The notes: generated by a model from the sequence alone, not told the origin. Shown: positions 1 to 12,728, counted from the stretch's first letter. The stretch is 64,000 nt of DNA from Selaginella moellendorffii (GCF_000143415.4 NW_003314275.1:2612173-2676172); one strand, 5' to 3'. Numbers and translations are program-made.

Positions 1-2522
1 TTTACTCATAAGAACTATCTTTACAAATATTACTCCACCATTTGATTATTCTTTGTTCCCCTGTGTACTTCCCTTCCCCCCATAGGACTATTTGTCTAAA
101 TGACGAGAATTCTAACTCATCCTTTAAATACACCCCTAACTCTCTAAGTTGTTTCAGCATGTTAAAGGTAGCTTTAGTTACCATTTCAAGGATCTGTGTC
201 CTCTTCCATATTTGACCTCCTACGTGTAAGCAACCAAAGGGAACAACTCGAAAGACGATACATAAGGGTTCAAAAAAGTCCCATGAATAAAAGTGCACCC
301 CCTTTTTCAATTAATTAATAGTTTTGGGATATTTGGGGTTAAGCGTCTTTGGGTTTGAATAATACTGGGCTGGGTGACCTCCTAAAATGTCCAAATTCAA
401 GAACTTACTTTTGGTATTAGAAAGGTCTTAGGTCCGACTTTGTTGGTTCGCTAAAGAAATTGCACGTGTTGATTGACATCTAGTAGATCCAATTTGCTCC
501 TATTGAGCTCGACATAAGGGATAGGATGTCAAGAGAGTGGGGCTCTCAAAAGAGCTGTAGCTCTCAGCTTTTGTTCACAAGGGCGTGAACTTGCAAGAAA
601 ACGTGGTGGATTGTAAGTAACCAAAAGGAACGATTTGAGAGACGACTTATAAAAATTCAAATATAAAGGGAAAGGGCCCATGAATAAAAGTGCACCCCCT
701 TTTCTAATTAGTTAAAAATCTTAGAATATTTAGGGTTAAGTGTCCTTGGGTTTGAATAGTACTAAGCTGGGTAACATCCTGGGAAGTTCAAATTCAAGAA
801 CTTACACCACGGTCATTAATTCTCATCTCAAATTCATGAGTACTATCCTTAATTATATGAGAATAATCTTATGACTCTTTTATTGTCTCGAAGTCTTCAT
901 CCTTCCCATAATCCCAACTATAGTTATTTACCATAACTATATTAACCAGTTTGCTAAGTTAAATGTTTATTTGAATCACATCCTCAACTCTCTAAGGAAA
1001 ATCTTATATTGTTCCTAATATCCCAAAATTATTCTTTTATTGACCCCTTTTTTATCCACCATATTGCATACATGTTCACGTATAAACTAAAGTGGAGAGT
1101 CATGCCTTCTACAGATGCTACTTCTCGAGGATAGACCCACTTCTGGGACTTCTTGATGCCAATATAAATGGTAATATACTTTACCACCAATAAAAGTTAG
1201 ATTAAGGAATAACTCTAATACCAAATTTTAAGTGACTAAATTTTCTATTCTACTTTAGTCACTTAACCACAACTCCAACCACTTGGAGGAATCTCACTCA
1301 TAACCTCTATAAGTCGTGTTCCGGACTTAGGGACTTATTAGCTTCATAAATAGCATCTATGCCATTCAACATTTGCACTTGGTCCAAGTGCTCTATGTAT
1401 TTGATTTCATGATTGACACCTCAAAGGTAGTCTTAGACCACCCATGCTATAATCCTATCTCTCAAAGACTAGACTATTCGTCTATGAATGGTCATCCTAG
1501 AACCACTTTTTAACATACTTAGAATGCCCAAAGATATGAGAAATAACTTTCCCGAACATCCCTTTTTTGATCCCCACCATGTCCCTTTCTGTCCTAGCCA
1601 TGTTCGCTAACATTACCACTAAGTTAGGGTATAAAGGTATGTTTTATTGACCTCTAGGACTTCCTTGCCATATGATTGCATCTTGGTCATTACACAAAAG
1701 GACTATTCCTCTTCCTTTCTATAGTGTGGAACTTTGGAATAATATTTTGAAACACCATAGCCTTATGCAAGCTTCATAGGTACTTTCCCCACTTTTTGTC
1801 TTTAAATGCCTTAGCTATGTGGTTAGAATAAGGTTCTAATGAGCCATGCCAAGTATCTAAGTAAGTAGTGCTACCCACACTTGGATTGAGAGCATTGACA
1901 ATTTAATTTCCCGAGGGAGTTAAAATCAATTCTTGAACATTTCACCAAGTTACCCCACTTGTTCATTTGTATTCACTCTAGCCTTGGACTCCTCGATGAT
2001 TATATCATCACCTACCACGTAAATATATCCTTCTTTGGTCACACTAGCCTTTCTTGGCTAAATTGGCTTCACTAAAGTCTTCCCCTTTTTATACTTTTGG
2101 AGCTCACCAATTGCTTTGGGCTTTCACCTTTGGACTTGAACTCAATCTTGGTCTCAATCTTGGTTTCTTTCTCAACCTTAACTTTAGACTTCATCTCAAT
2201 TCCATCTCGAATTCCATATTGGGTCCATTTTGAACTCCATTTAGAACCCCTTCTCGGACTCCTTGGATTCGTTTCTGACACTTTTATGTGTCACGACACT
2301 TGCTATATGTTAGTCTTTTTTATGTCTTTTTTTAGAAATTTATTTACCAATTGCTTTATGCTCATCCTTCAAACACTTTGTTTAGAATTCCACTCCCACT
2401 CTCGACTTTCCAAATTAAAGTCTTTAATCTAAACATGTTATGCTTATTAGACTTCTGTTTCAACCACTACCATGTGACACCCTTTCTACTCCACTTTGGG
2501 GCTTAGGGATTTGTGTCTCACA
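1..2522 (-). mobile_element. Degenerate LTR retrotransposon: 5' LTR (1227-2522), PBS (1213-1223) and decayed internal region running off the window start
   Basis: Minus strand starts TGTGAGACAC at 2522 and ends near 1227, followed by TGGTATTAGAG (tRNA-Met PBS). The LTR is homologous, in inverted orientation, to 52829-54288. The internal region is AT-rich with broken frames and is interrupted by the TRIM at 225-806. Confidence 0.75.
225..806 (+). mobile_element. Cassandra-like TRIM (non-autonomous LTR retrotransposon with 5S rRNA-derived segment in both LTRs)
   Basis: LTR1 225-409 (TGTAAG...CTTACT) and LTR2 612-806 (TGTAAG...CTTACA). PBS-like TGGTATTAGA at 412, GTGGTGGAT just before LTR2, near-perfect 5-bp TSD CTACG (220-224)/CCACG (807-811). 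Positions 338-392 and 735-789 resemble the A-box/IE/C-box part of plant 5S rRNA. Confidence 0.9.
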
Positions 2523-3502
2523 ATTAGCTTGATAAAAACCTTTATGTATTAAGACTAGTCTTTCAATATCACTAGATAATAGCTTACTGTGTTTGCCAAA
2601 CACCCTTGCTGTCGTACCCTTTGTATTAATCTTGTTCAATTCCAATTGCTATTTATAGAAAGTGTTTAGATTTTCTAATTAGGCATATTTACAAAATGTA
2701 AAGATTATCCTGAACACAATGGTGTTAATCCTGTGTCCAAATTTATAATCTAAAGGCATTCCATATTTAGTAAGTTTCAATCTTGTCCTAGATACTAACT
2801 CCTGGTAAGCGGGGGGTTTAAGGTTTAGGGGGTTTTAGAATATTATACTAAATATTTTAATTGGAATTATAAGCATATAGTTAAAAAAAAAATTTGTTAA
2901 TATTTAGATAGATTTTTTGCAATAAATAAAAATAGATGGTTTAACCATCTCCAAATTAAAAAAAGAGTATTGTTATTTTAAATGAAAAGTTATAGGTATT
3001 GATGCTTAAAACTCTTAATTATAAAATCCTTATACCTTTCCCTTTCTAAGTGTAAAAACTATTAAAAAACTTATACCTTCTTTATGATAAAGATAGGAAA
3101 AAAAAATTGGATGTTATCATTTTTCAGATGATAATTTCTCAACATTTTTGGAGGAAAAAATTGAATAAATTTTGACAAAAAATACAAACATTAACTATTA
3201 ATACAAATACTATTATCTAAAGCTGTAACACAATCAATATTAAAATGAAGAAGTATTTTACATAAGCCATTTAAAGATTTTTGAATCTTCTTATTCAGTA
3301 TTTATTACCTTAACTTAAATGTCTTTATTTGACATCAAATGAGTGATAAAAGTGTCTTTTGGGAAATTTTTTATACATTAAATAATGTTTTTATCTTTAA
3401 TTTCTACTTAATACACTTCCAGATAAAGAAGATTTATAAATTATGATGGGCTAGCAATAAGGGCTGTAAAGGTCGGGCCAAGTCATTTGGCACATAGTTC
3501 GG

Positions 3503-3612
3503 TACTCATTCTCAAATTGCTCAAGGCACGTATGAAGGAGAAGGTCGGCACAGATTCGTGCCGACCTTCCCGTTCATCATCCCTTAGATGCCGTATAAGC
3601 AAATAATGAGGA
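3503..3612. repeat. Fold-back inverted repeat (hairpin)
   Basis: Perfect 12-bp arms GAAGGTCGGCAC (3540-3551)/GTGCCGACCTTC (3558-3569), extending to ~20 bp with 2 mismatches (3532-3577), plus weaker outer arms. Confidence 0.7.
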
Positions 3613-3964
3613 AGATTAAAAAGCGAGTGTTGCTAGTGGTTCTCTCATTGGTGGAGATGCTGGTTTTAAGAACTTTCAACTCCATTACTTAGACGACTCA
3701 CGAGTCTGTTTCTCTTTTACTTTCGATGTGATGCGGAGCCGCGGACACGTTTGTCCATTTGATTGCTTTGACAGTACTCGAACCTTCAACCTGCCGGCTG
3801 TTGCCCTAAAAGGGCTTGGGAATGGCGCCCTAGGTCGCGCTGGAGCGCAGCGGCGGACAACTCCAGGTACGTGATCAGTCCTCTTGACGGCCGAATTCCC
3901 CAAGATCCAAGGCTGAATTGACGCATTCTCTGGCCAGGAGCTCCAGATTTCAGTGCTCGCGGCC

Positions 3965-6233
3965 ATGGAGGGGACGCAGAGGCTGAGGAGGGGCGACACC
4001 TATGGGAGCTGGACAGTCCTCGGCGTCGGCCTGGATCGAGAGGGCGCCCTCGCCAAGCTTAGGGGACTGGAGATGCGGCACAAGCGTTGCGAGAGCCCCA
4101 CGACGACGCTCTCAATTGGCATGGAGAGCTTGGGCGACAGTGGATCTCCGGGCGAAGCCGCCGCTCCTCCCCCTAGCCTCAAGAAGACCCTCTCCTGGAG
4201 CAACTTTGACAAGCTCTCGAGCTCGCCCGTGAGCATCAAGAGGAAGAGGGACGCGGCTGGAAGCTGGGAATTTGGCGAGCAGGAGATCGTCCTGGCGCTT
4301 GGGAGCTCGCCCCCGGCTAGACCCAGCGTCGCTCTGGGTCTTGGGCAGGCCGACAGTGGGAGTGGCAGCGGCAGTGCGTGCTCGCCATCGATCACTACCG
4401 AGTCGGACATCGGCTTGAAAAAGTTCTCGGTTTCGCTCCCTCAAGACTCGCTGTCGCTGAGACTCTCGAGAAACTCGGACGAGGACAAGGATGGTGGGCT
4501 CTTCCTGGGGATCAAGAAGGTTGTGGACGAGGGATCGTCGTCGGCTCGCTGGATCAGCGCCGGCGGCGTCATGCCGGGCTTGCTACGGACTCAGGCATCT
4601 CTCCCGGAGCAGGAAGAATATCACTCTCACTCGGAGAACGATCCAGACCTGGACATCGACGTGACGACCGGTGCCGGATCTGACAAAGCTCCCAAAGCTT
4701 GCAAGTTCGCGGGGTGCGGGAAGGGCGCTCGAGGAGCCTCGGGGCTGTGCATTGCNNNNNNNNNNNNNNNNNNNNNNNNNNNNNNNNNNNNNNNNNNNNN
4801 NNNNNNNNNNNNNNNNNNNNNNNNNNNNNNNNNNNNNNNNNNNNNNNNNNNNNNNNNNNNNNNNNNNNNNNNNNNNNNNNNNNNNNNNNNNNNNNNNNNN
4901 NNNNNNNNNNNNNNNNNNNNNNNNNNNNNNNNNNNNNNNNNNNNNNNNNNNNNNNNNNNNNNNNNNNNNNNNNNNNNNNNNNNNNNNNNNNNNNNNNNNN
5001 NNNNNNNNNNNNNNNNNNNNNNNNNNNNNNNNNNNNNNNNNNNNNNNNNNNNNNNNNNNNNNNNNNNNNNNNNNNNNNNNNNNNNNNNNNNNNNNNNNNN
5101 NNNNNNNNNNNNNNNNNNNNNNNNNNNNNNNNNNNNNNNNNNNNNNNNNNNNNNNNNNNNNNNNNNNNNNNNNNNNNNNNNNNNNNNNNNNNNNNNNNNN
5201 NNNNNNNNNNNNNNNNNNNNNNNNNNNNNNNNNNNNNNNNNNNNNNNNNNNNNNNNNNNNNNNNNNNNNNNNNNNNNNNNNNNNNNNNNNNNNNNNNNNN
5301 NNNNNNNNNNNNNNNNNNNNNNNNNNNNNNNNNNNNNNNNNNNNNNNNNNNNNNNNNNNNNNNNNNNNNNNNNNNNNNNNNNNNNNNNNNNNNNNNNNNN
5401 NNNNNNNNNNNNNNNNNNNNNNNNNNNNNNNNNNNNNNNNNNNNNNNNNNNNNNNNNNNNNNNNNNNNNNNNNNNNNNNNNNNNNNNNNNNNNNNNNNNN
5501 NNNNNNNNNNNNNNNNNNNNNNNNNNNNNNNNNNNNNNNNNNNNNNNNNNNNNNNNNNNNNNNNNNNNNNNNNNNNNNNNNNNNNNNNNNNNNNNNNNNN
5601 NNNNNNNNNNNNNNNNACTGCTCCAAGAGTGCGAGAGGGAGGACGGCCTTTTGCGTCAAGCATGGCGGAGGGAAGAGGTGCAAGACGGAAGGATGCGGCA
5701 AGAGTGCTCAGGGGAGCACGGACTTTTGCAAGGCTCACGGGGGTGGCAAGCGGTGTACTTGGGGACAGGAAGGCTCGCTCTACGGACCCCGGGAGGGGAG
5801 CTCGGAGCTGTCCAAGGGGCCGTGTGACAGATTTGCGAGGGGAAAGCTGGGACTTTGCGCGGCTCACAGCTCGATCGTGCAGGAGGAGAAGGCTAGCGGG
5901 CTTGCTCCGGGGCTGTTCAAGGACTTGGTGTCGCAGTCGAGTTCCGGCAGCATCGTCTACCAGTCTACTGCTCCAGCGTCCTCCTCGGTTGTTCTTGAGC
6001 AGCAGAATCACTACAGGTTTCTACAGGAGGGCGGAAGCGGCGACATCAACAAGTGCTGGAGCACGACGATCCAAGAGCAGCAGCAAGGCTTTCAGCAGCA
6101 GCAAGGATTCCATCATCCGGTGGTGGTTCCAGTGGCGACCAAGAGCTTGTTCGTGCCTGAGGGAGTTCCGGAGGGGAGAGTTCATGGAGGGGGTCTCTTG
6201 GCGTTGCTGGCTCAGCAAAGAAGCTCTGGCTGA
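3965..6233 (+). CDS. WRKY19-like zinc-finger repeat protein (CxxxGCxKxAxG...CxxHGGG repeats; At5g64550/At5g09670 family); centre lies in an N gap
   Basis: CKFAGCGKGARGASGLCI before the gap. After it: CSKSARGRTAFCVKHGGGKRCKTEGCGKSAQGSTDFCKAHGGGKRC and the family C-terminal PEGRVHGGGLLALL motif. Confidence 0.85.
4756..5616. other. Assembly gap (N run)
   Basis: Run of n within the repetitive HGGG zinc-finger region. Confidence 1.
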
Positions 6234-6837
6234 GAGAGAGCTCCCAGGAAATTGGATTGCCCTCTCTTGCGATCGAACGGGCGAGCGCGACGTGAGAGGT
6301 TTGTAATTATATTCATCTTTGCATTGGCAGCATTGTCCCTGTACATAGATCCCACGTCCCCTTGCAGCGAACCATACGAAATGGAGCTGTGTTTTTAAAA
6401 CCATATAGAGATATTCCTGATGTAAATCTTAATAATGTAAACAACTGTTTAATTACTAAACTCATTTGATTAGCTAGTGCAATTAGTGTTGGAAGAGAAT
6501 TAGGTGAGAAATACTAACCGTTGGATTTGGAGGGAGTTTCAACACGAGGAGAATCTAACGCTCCAGGTGCTTGGATGCGGCGGGGCTATAACTTCCGTGC
6601 TGTCGTGTTTAGATGAGATTGGACAAGAGGTCACTTTAGGCTGGGTGCATTGCAGCCTCTTATCCCATCCCTTCGTCATCCTCGTCTCTTTCTTTCCTCT
6701 TTCAAGTCCTTGCAAAATTTCTCTTTACGCCGGGGGCGGGTAAAAGTGTGCCCGTGAATCACAAATGTGATTCAAATGGGCTACGTTCTTGGTTTCTAGG
6801 GTTTGGGCGATCGGTCAGAGAAGAAGAGGGGAAATCT

Positions 6838-9571
6838 ATGGCGGCGTTGGTCGCTGGTGCCCAGGCGCTGGCGCTGGCGCGCGTTTCTTCCTCATTGTCA
6901 TCTCCGTCTTCTTCTTCTTCTTCTTCTTCCTGCTGTTCGCCTAGCAGTGAATGCTCGTCGTCAGCGGGAGTGGTGAGCCTGGCGCCGCGCAAGAGGAGCG
7001 GATTGCCGTGCATTCTTCCCGAGAGGTCGGCTTACATGGGAGAGAGCGTGTCGGGATTTTGGACGCGCACAGGGATTTCGCTGCGGTGTAGCAGGCCCAG
7101 GAAGCCTCACGCCGGATGCAAGGCTTCCATCGGCGCGGCTGTCTTGGCCGATATTGCCAAGGAAACCGTGGTATGATCTCCTCCTTTTCCATCCAATTCT
7201 TTTTCTTCTTGCAATGGGGTAGCTCTAGAGCATTCCGCCGTGGTTGTGAGCGCCAATTCTTCTTGAGTCGGGTGCCAGAAATCAAAGATCTCAGAGCTGT
7301 CGTAGCTATGCTGGAAGAGATTGTATTGATCACAGTCGGTGTGGTTTCGGCAAAGACTAAGAAGAGCGCTTTGCTCGTTTTCGTGCAGAGTGCTATTCTA
7401 TCAATCGACCGACAGCGTAATACGTTGGCGAGCTTCTCGACCGGGAGGTAGTTTGTAACGGGATGCATTTTCGACAGCATTTCTCGCTTTGATCGATATG
7501 TTTCTGACTCAATGATTTCTTGTTTGTAGGCACCAGCAATTGGAAAGCCACGGGCAGATCCTAGAACAGTTGTTTCTCTGATTCTGGGAGGAGGAGCCGG
7601 CACTCGGTTGTTTCCCCTCACAAATAGACGAGCAAAGCCTGCTGTAAGAAAACGCTTCTTCGTTGTCTGCCAATTTTAATATAATGTTGCTCTTGGCATG
7701 TTCACTACAGGTACCAATTGGAGGCGCTTACAGACTTATTGACGTGCCAATGAGCAATTGCATCAACAGCGGAATAAACAAAATCTTCATCCTCACTCAG
7801 TTTAACTCGGCTTCTTTGAATCGGCACCTTGCTCGGACGTACAATTTTGGTAATGGTGTGAATTTTGGAGATGGTTTTGTTGAGGTAGGCAGAACTCGAA
7901 AGCGCTGTTACTGTAAACGTTTAGAAAGCCTTTTGTTTTCAGGTTTTAGCTGCAACTCAGACTCCCGGGGAAGCAGGAATGAACTGGTTCCAAGGGACTG
8001 CCGATGCTGTTCGACAGTTTACGTGGGTTTTTGAGGTACTTTCGACTGTGCGAGCCTTTATTTTCTCTATCATGTTACGCTTGTTTTCAGGATACTAGGA
8101 GTAAAGAGATTGAGAATGTTCTTGTTTTATCCGGAGACCATCTGTATCGAATGGACTACATGGAATTCATTCAGGTTTACGATAACATGATATTTTTATT
8201 TGTTTATGAACCAGGATTCCTGCTGACTCGCAGAAACACCAAGATACTGGAGCGGACATAACCATTGGTTGCGTGCCAATGGACGACAGGTATAACTAGC
8301 CACGTTTTTTTTTTCATTTGTGATACTTACGTGATTCTTTTCTGTGCTCTGAAAGCCGGGCGTCTGATTTCGGGCTGATGAAAATTGATGCCAATGGGCA
8401 GATACTTTATTTCAGCGAAAAGCCGAAAGGAGCTGATCTGAAAGCGATGGTATTATTCATCAGCATGCGGTTTGTATAATAATTTGTGCATATTCTATTT
8501 CCCTGCTTCCAGCAAGTGGACACTACTGTATTGGGCTTGACGCCTGAAGAGGCCATCGAAAAGCCGTACATTGCATCCATGGGAATTTACGTGTTTAAAA
8601 AAGATATTCTTTTGAAGCTTCTAAGGTACAAATTGTTGACTATAGATGTAGAAGATCTTATCGTTCTTTTCTTCGTAGATGGCGCTACCCTACAGCAAAT
8701 GATTTTGGATCAGAAATTTTGCCTGCTTCAGCAAAAGAGTACAACGTGCAGGTCGGTCTTTCGTTTGTTTGTTGGTGAATGTCTGCTCAACTGCGTAGTT
8801 CACAGGCTTATTTGTTTAATGATTACTGGGAGGACATCGGGACGATCAAGTCGTTCTATGAAGCAAATCTTGCTCTTACTTGCCAGGTAATACTACACTG
8901 CTCTTTTTACTCTTTCTCAAGATACATGCTATCTATGCAGCCACCAAAATTCAGGTTTTATGATGCAGCGAAACCGATATACACCTCTCCCAGATATTTA
9001 CCACCAACTAAGATTGAAAAATGCCGGGTTTGTGTTTGTATTGCTAGTGAAACTTCAGTGAGCAACTGTGTTTTCGGTACTGTAGGTTTTGGACTCCATA
9101 GTTTCGCATGGATGCTTTCTTCAAGAATGCAGTGTCACGCATTCTGTGATTGGTATTCGTTCTCGAGTCGAAGCTGGTGCTGAGATTCAAGATACCATGA
9201 TGCTTGGTGCCGACTTCTACGAGACGGAAGCTGAGATAGCAAGTATGGTTGCAGAGGGGAAGGTGCCAGTCGGAGTTGGTCAGAATGCCAAAATAAGGTT
9301 AGCCGGTTGATTATGCAACTTCTACACAACTTACTTTTCCAAACACGCAGAAACTGTATTCTCGACAAAAATGTTCGAATAGGAAAGAACGTCGTCATCG
9401 CCAACAAAGACGTGAGACTAGATTTGATTGCTTCGTCTTGCTCTATGCTAATCCTTTGTTTTGGCGCAGAATGTACAAGAAGCAGAGAAGCCATCCGAGG
9501 GATACTACATTCGCTCCGGGATTACTGTGATATTGAAAAACGCAACGATTGCAGATGGAACTGTAATCTAG
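6838..9571 (+). CDS. APL: ADP-glucose pyrophosphorylase large subunit, plastidial (multi-exon)
   Basis: Ser-rich transit peptide. Motifs [87 protein letters not shown] and C-terminal IADGTVI*. Short GT-AG introns. Confidence 0.96.
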
Positions 9572-9685
9572 ATATAGCTAGAAATACGCGGTACGTGTAG
9601 ATATTCTCTCTGTGAGACACAACTAGCTTCGCCGTGCAAAAATATATCTCTTGAGGATTTTGTTGTACAGGAAAACTCCTTAGAA

Positions 9686-10660
9686 CTAACTTAGCTTGTC
9701 AAGGTAGTGACTCTTTTGTTTCATTCTGGACGTAAGCTCGTCCTTCATGCGACTGACCCTTCTCATTTTTCTCCTGAAGTTTAGATCCAAGTGGTGCTCG
9801 CACAAAAGGTACCCCGGCTTTGCTTTCTGTGAACACTTCCAACCATTCCCGTTTTTGCAGGAGCACAGCGTCTCGACTCCTTGAACATCGGCAGGCTCCA
9901 AGTCAGGCAATCCGTCCAGCAGCCTCAAAGTTTTCGGGATGGCTCTCGGCGTCTGTGGCACCGGGAGCGTACCATCGTCCATCTCGTCAGCGTTATTCCT
10001 CACGCGAAACCGCCCGCGCTTGAGCTGTAGGAAGTAAGGATCCGTGCTCATGGTCGTCGCAACCTGTTCCAGCACAAGAGCCGGCTCCTCGCCGCCGCAG
10101 AGCCCCGAGATCATCATTCGTGCCAAGGCCTGGCGAGGAGTGAGGCTCGCATTTGGAGTCTGGGCGAAGACCATGCGCAGCAACTGAGACATTGGTGTTC
10201 CAGCCGCCGCCTCCTCCGCCGCTGCAAAAAGAGCTCCAATTCAAGGAAAGAGAGAAAAGGCAAGTTGAAGCTTTCATCTTTTTACCAGAACTCTTCGAAT
10301 CATCTCCTCCTGTGCAGCTGCTCGGCACGAAAAGCGGTAGAAGTTTCAATGGAGAAAGGGAAAGACAAACGCAATCAAGCAATCGAACCTTGGGGGTGGA
10401 AGCGACGAACAACGAAGAGAAGCATGGCTATCCACTGGCTGAGCGAAAGAACAGAGGAAAGTAAGAACCAAAACCCGTAAGAGAAAAGTACGTGCCTTTT
10501 CACCGCTGACACTCGGGAGCGAGAGACCCCTCTCCTCCAAATTACCTCCATCGCCCTCGCTTGGATCGATTGCCTCGCCACACCAGTTACAAACATTTCC
10601 CAATTGGTCGGTGGCCAATACCACAGCTACTGTGGTGGAACGCTTCTTGCGAATTCTCAT
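9686..10660 (-). CDS. WRC zinc-finger domain protein (MRIRKR-type N-terminus)
   Basis: Exon 1 10660-10492 (MRIRKKRS...) spliced to exon 2 10221-9686 gives 705 nt in frame. C-terminal CSCKNGNGWKCSQKAKPGYLLCEHH fits the WRC C-x9-C-x10-C-x2-H pattern. Confidence 0.75.
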
Positions 10661-10901
10661 CAAAAGGACCGCGCACACGAAAAAAAAACAACTATCTAAT
10701 TAATCCATTAACAACAAAACCCTAGCAAAACCAGAAAGAACTAAAGAGAAAAAGAGAAGTAACTTAAAATTAACTAAATTTCATAATAGAACCACCGGCT
10801 GAAATTTATTATTAATACAATAAAATGTTTTACAAACACTAGCAAAGCATTAGTTTTCCTATAATCCCAGTTTTTTTTTCTCCACAACAATGACGAAGAG
10901 A

Positions 10902-12373
10902 CTATGTCTGAGTGGTGGTGGTGGAGGTGGCGGTGGCGGTGGTGGTGGCGGTGGTGGTGGCGGTGGTGGCACTCTCGCCACCACTCCTGTTAAGTCTGCT
11001 AAAGAGGCCAGCGCTGAGAAACCCGTCCTGGGAGGAGCCTTGCGATGCTGATCTCGCGATCTTGGAGAACAATCCGGTGCTGTTCTCCGCGGAGGAGCTG
11101 CTGTTAGTGCTGAGGTTGTCGACGCTGGAGGCGCTGGTGTGGAGCTCGTCTCCATCCTCGGAGCGAGGAAACGTTCTGGCCCTGGAGAATAAGTTGCGGA
11201 GGCCGGAGCTGCCTTCCTCGGCGGGGAGCTCGCCGTTTGATCCCGGCCGCGGGAGGCCGCCGAAGATGAAGCGCACCGCGATCTTGCTCGCCGCCGCCAC
11301 GTCCGACTTTGCTTGCTTTATCTGCGACGATCGAGAGATAACGTATGAGACCGAGAGAAGAAGCAGAAGGAGAGAGTTTCCGTACCCGTTCCACCGTGTT
11401 ACCAACGGCATCGACTGCGGCATCCCCGGCATTTGCGAAACGATTCACCCAAGCTGAGCAAAACACGAAAGCAAACTTTAGACGAAAGGAGAAACGTGGG
11501 AGAAACTTACCAGGGATTTTGGGAACGCTCAACCGGACGCAGAGCTCGTCGCAGAAGTGGTTGCAATTGCGGGCGAGGAGGTCGTACGAGTAGCCGGGCC
11601 ATTCCTTGCTGAGCTCGAGCAAGATCTGGTTTACTTTCTCCTCGGAGAAAGGCGTGTTTCCGATGTACACCGTCTCTCTGTACGTGTACATGGGATTGCT
11701 CTTGGGCGGACAGCCGAAAACTCCACTCCCGTTCTCACAGTAGCCGAATGACCACTCTTCCTCGAACACCTGTGAAGCCAAAAAACCATTCTTTTAATGA
11801 AAGTCCAAAGCTTAGCTATTGGAAGGAAGAACATCAAAAGCGTGAAAGAATGAAAAGGACCAGCATTATGGTATGTTTAGCTCTTGGAAGAACCACCCCA
11901 AGAAAAAAAAATTGATATTTCTTGCAAGTGAAAAGATCTCCAGGAATAAGACAAAGGAGGACGAAGAACAAATAAGGTACAGACCATTTGGAAATCGACA
12001 AGACTTAGCTCTTGGGAGGAAAAACAAATCCAGAGCCAAGAGGAACAACAAGAACTCTTTAACACGCGCTGAAAGAAGACAAAGACGATAAACAAGAAAA
12101 CCAACAAGAAAACCGGGAGCACAAAGGCGGCATTTTGGAAATTCGACACAAAGAGGAGACGAAGAATCGATCGATCGATCGCAAACTCCAGGAAATCCAA
12201 CCCCGAGCTATGTCCTAGAGAGCAAACGAGGTGCATACCTGGACCGCGCCATGGAAAATGCCGCCGATGCCAATGCCGTCACGGAAGAAGCGATTGATGC
12301 CTGCAATAGTGCTGTTGGTCTTGGGCGACATGCTGTTGGTGACATCGTAGACGTGGAGCCACACTGCGGACAT
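10902..12373 (-). CDS. DeSI/PPPDE peptidase family protein (desumoylating isopeptidase-like)
   Basis: MSAVWLHVYDVTN...GGIFHGAVQV, EEWSFGYCENGSGVF, YDLLARNCNHFC (catalytic His/Cys), WVNRFANAG. Thr/Ala microsatellite tail. Confidence 0.92.
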
Positions 12374-12728
12374 CGTCCCAGCTCACAGCTCGCTCCCTCC
12401 TCCTCTCCCTCCTATCTGCATAGAAATGAAAGAGCCCTAATCTTGGCCCGCGGTAATAACCATCGTGATCATCACTCAAACCCATGCTTGCGGTGCCGCT
12501 CCACGCGCGATCAGCGGCAGCACAGCGCAGATCAAACAATCCAAGCACGATCGCTGTGGCGCGGCTAGAGATCCCTGACCAGGAAAAACCCCCTTAGGAT
12601 AGAAATTTTAGGGTTCTTCAAAATTTTTACTCCAGGTCTCGCGGAGCGATGGATGGTCCGGCAGTTTGAGGTGAGCTGACTCGGGCAGCTAGAGATTCCA
12701 GGCAATGCGATGCCAGTAGAGGTGGGGA

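Noticed and set aside
338-789. Genuine 5S rRNA genes
   Set aside because: Only the internal promoter half of 5S is present. There is no 5' GGATGCGATCATACC or 3' end, and both segments sit inside LTRs.
2072-2432. ORFs with KVKVEKETKIETK repeats and the antisense ORF
   Set aside because: Translation by-products of the hexamer array inside an LTR.
4569-6306. Long alternative-frame ORFs spanning the N run
   Set aside because: Artefacts of reading through the assembly gap.
10859-11457. Poly-Pro and poly-Val ORFs
   Set aside because: Alternative frames of the GGT/GGC microsatellite at the DeSI gene 3' end.
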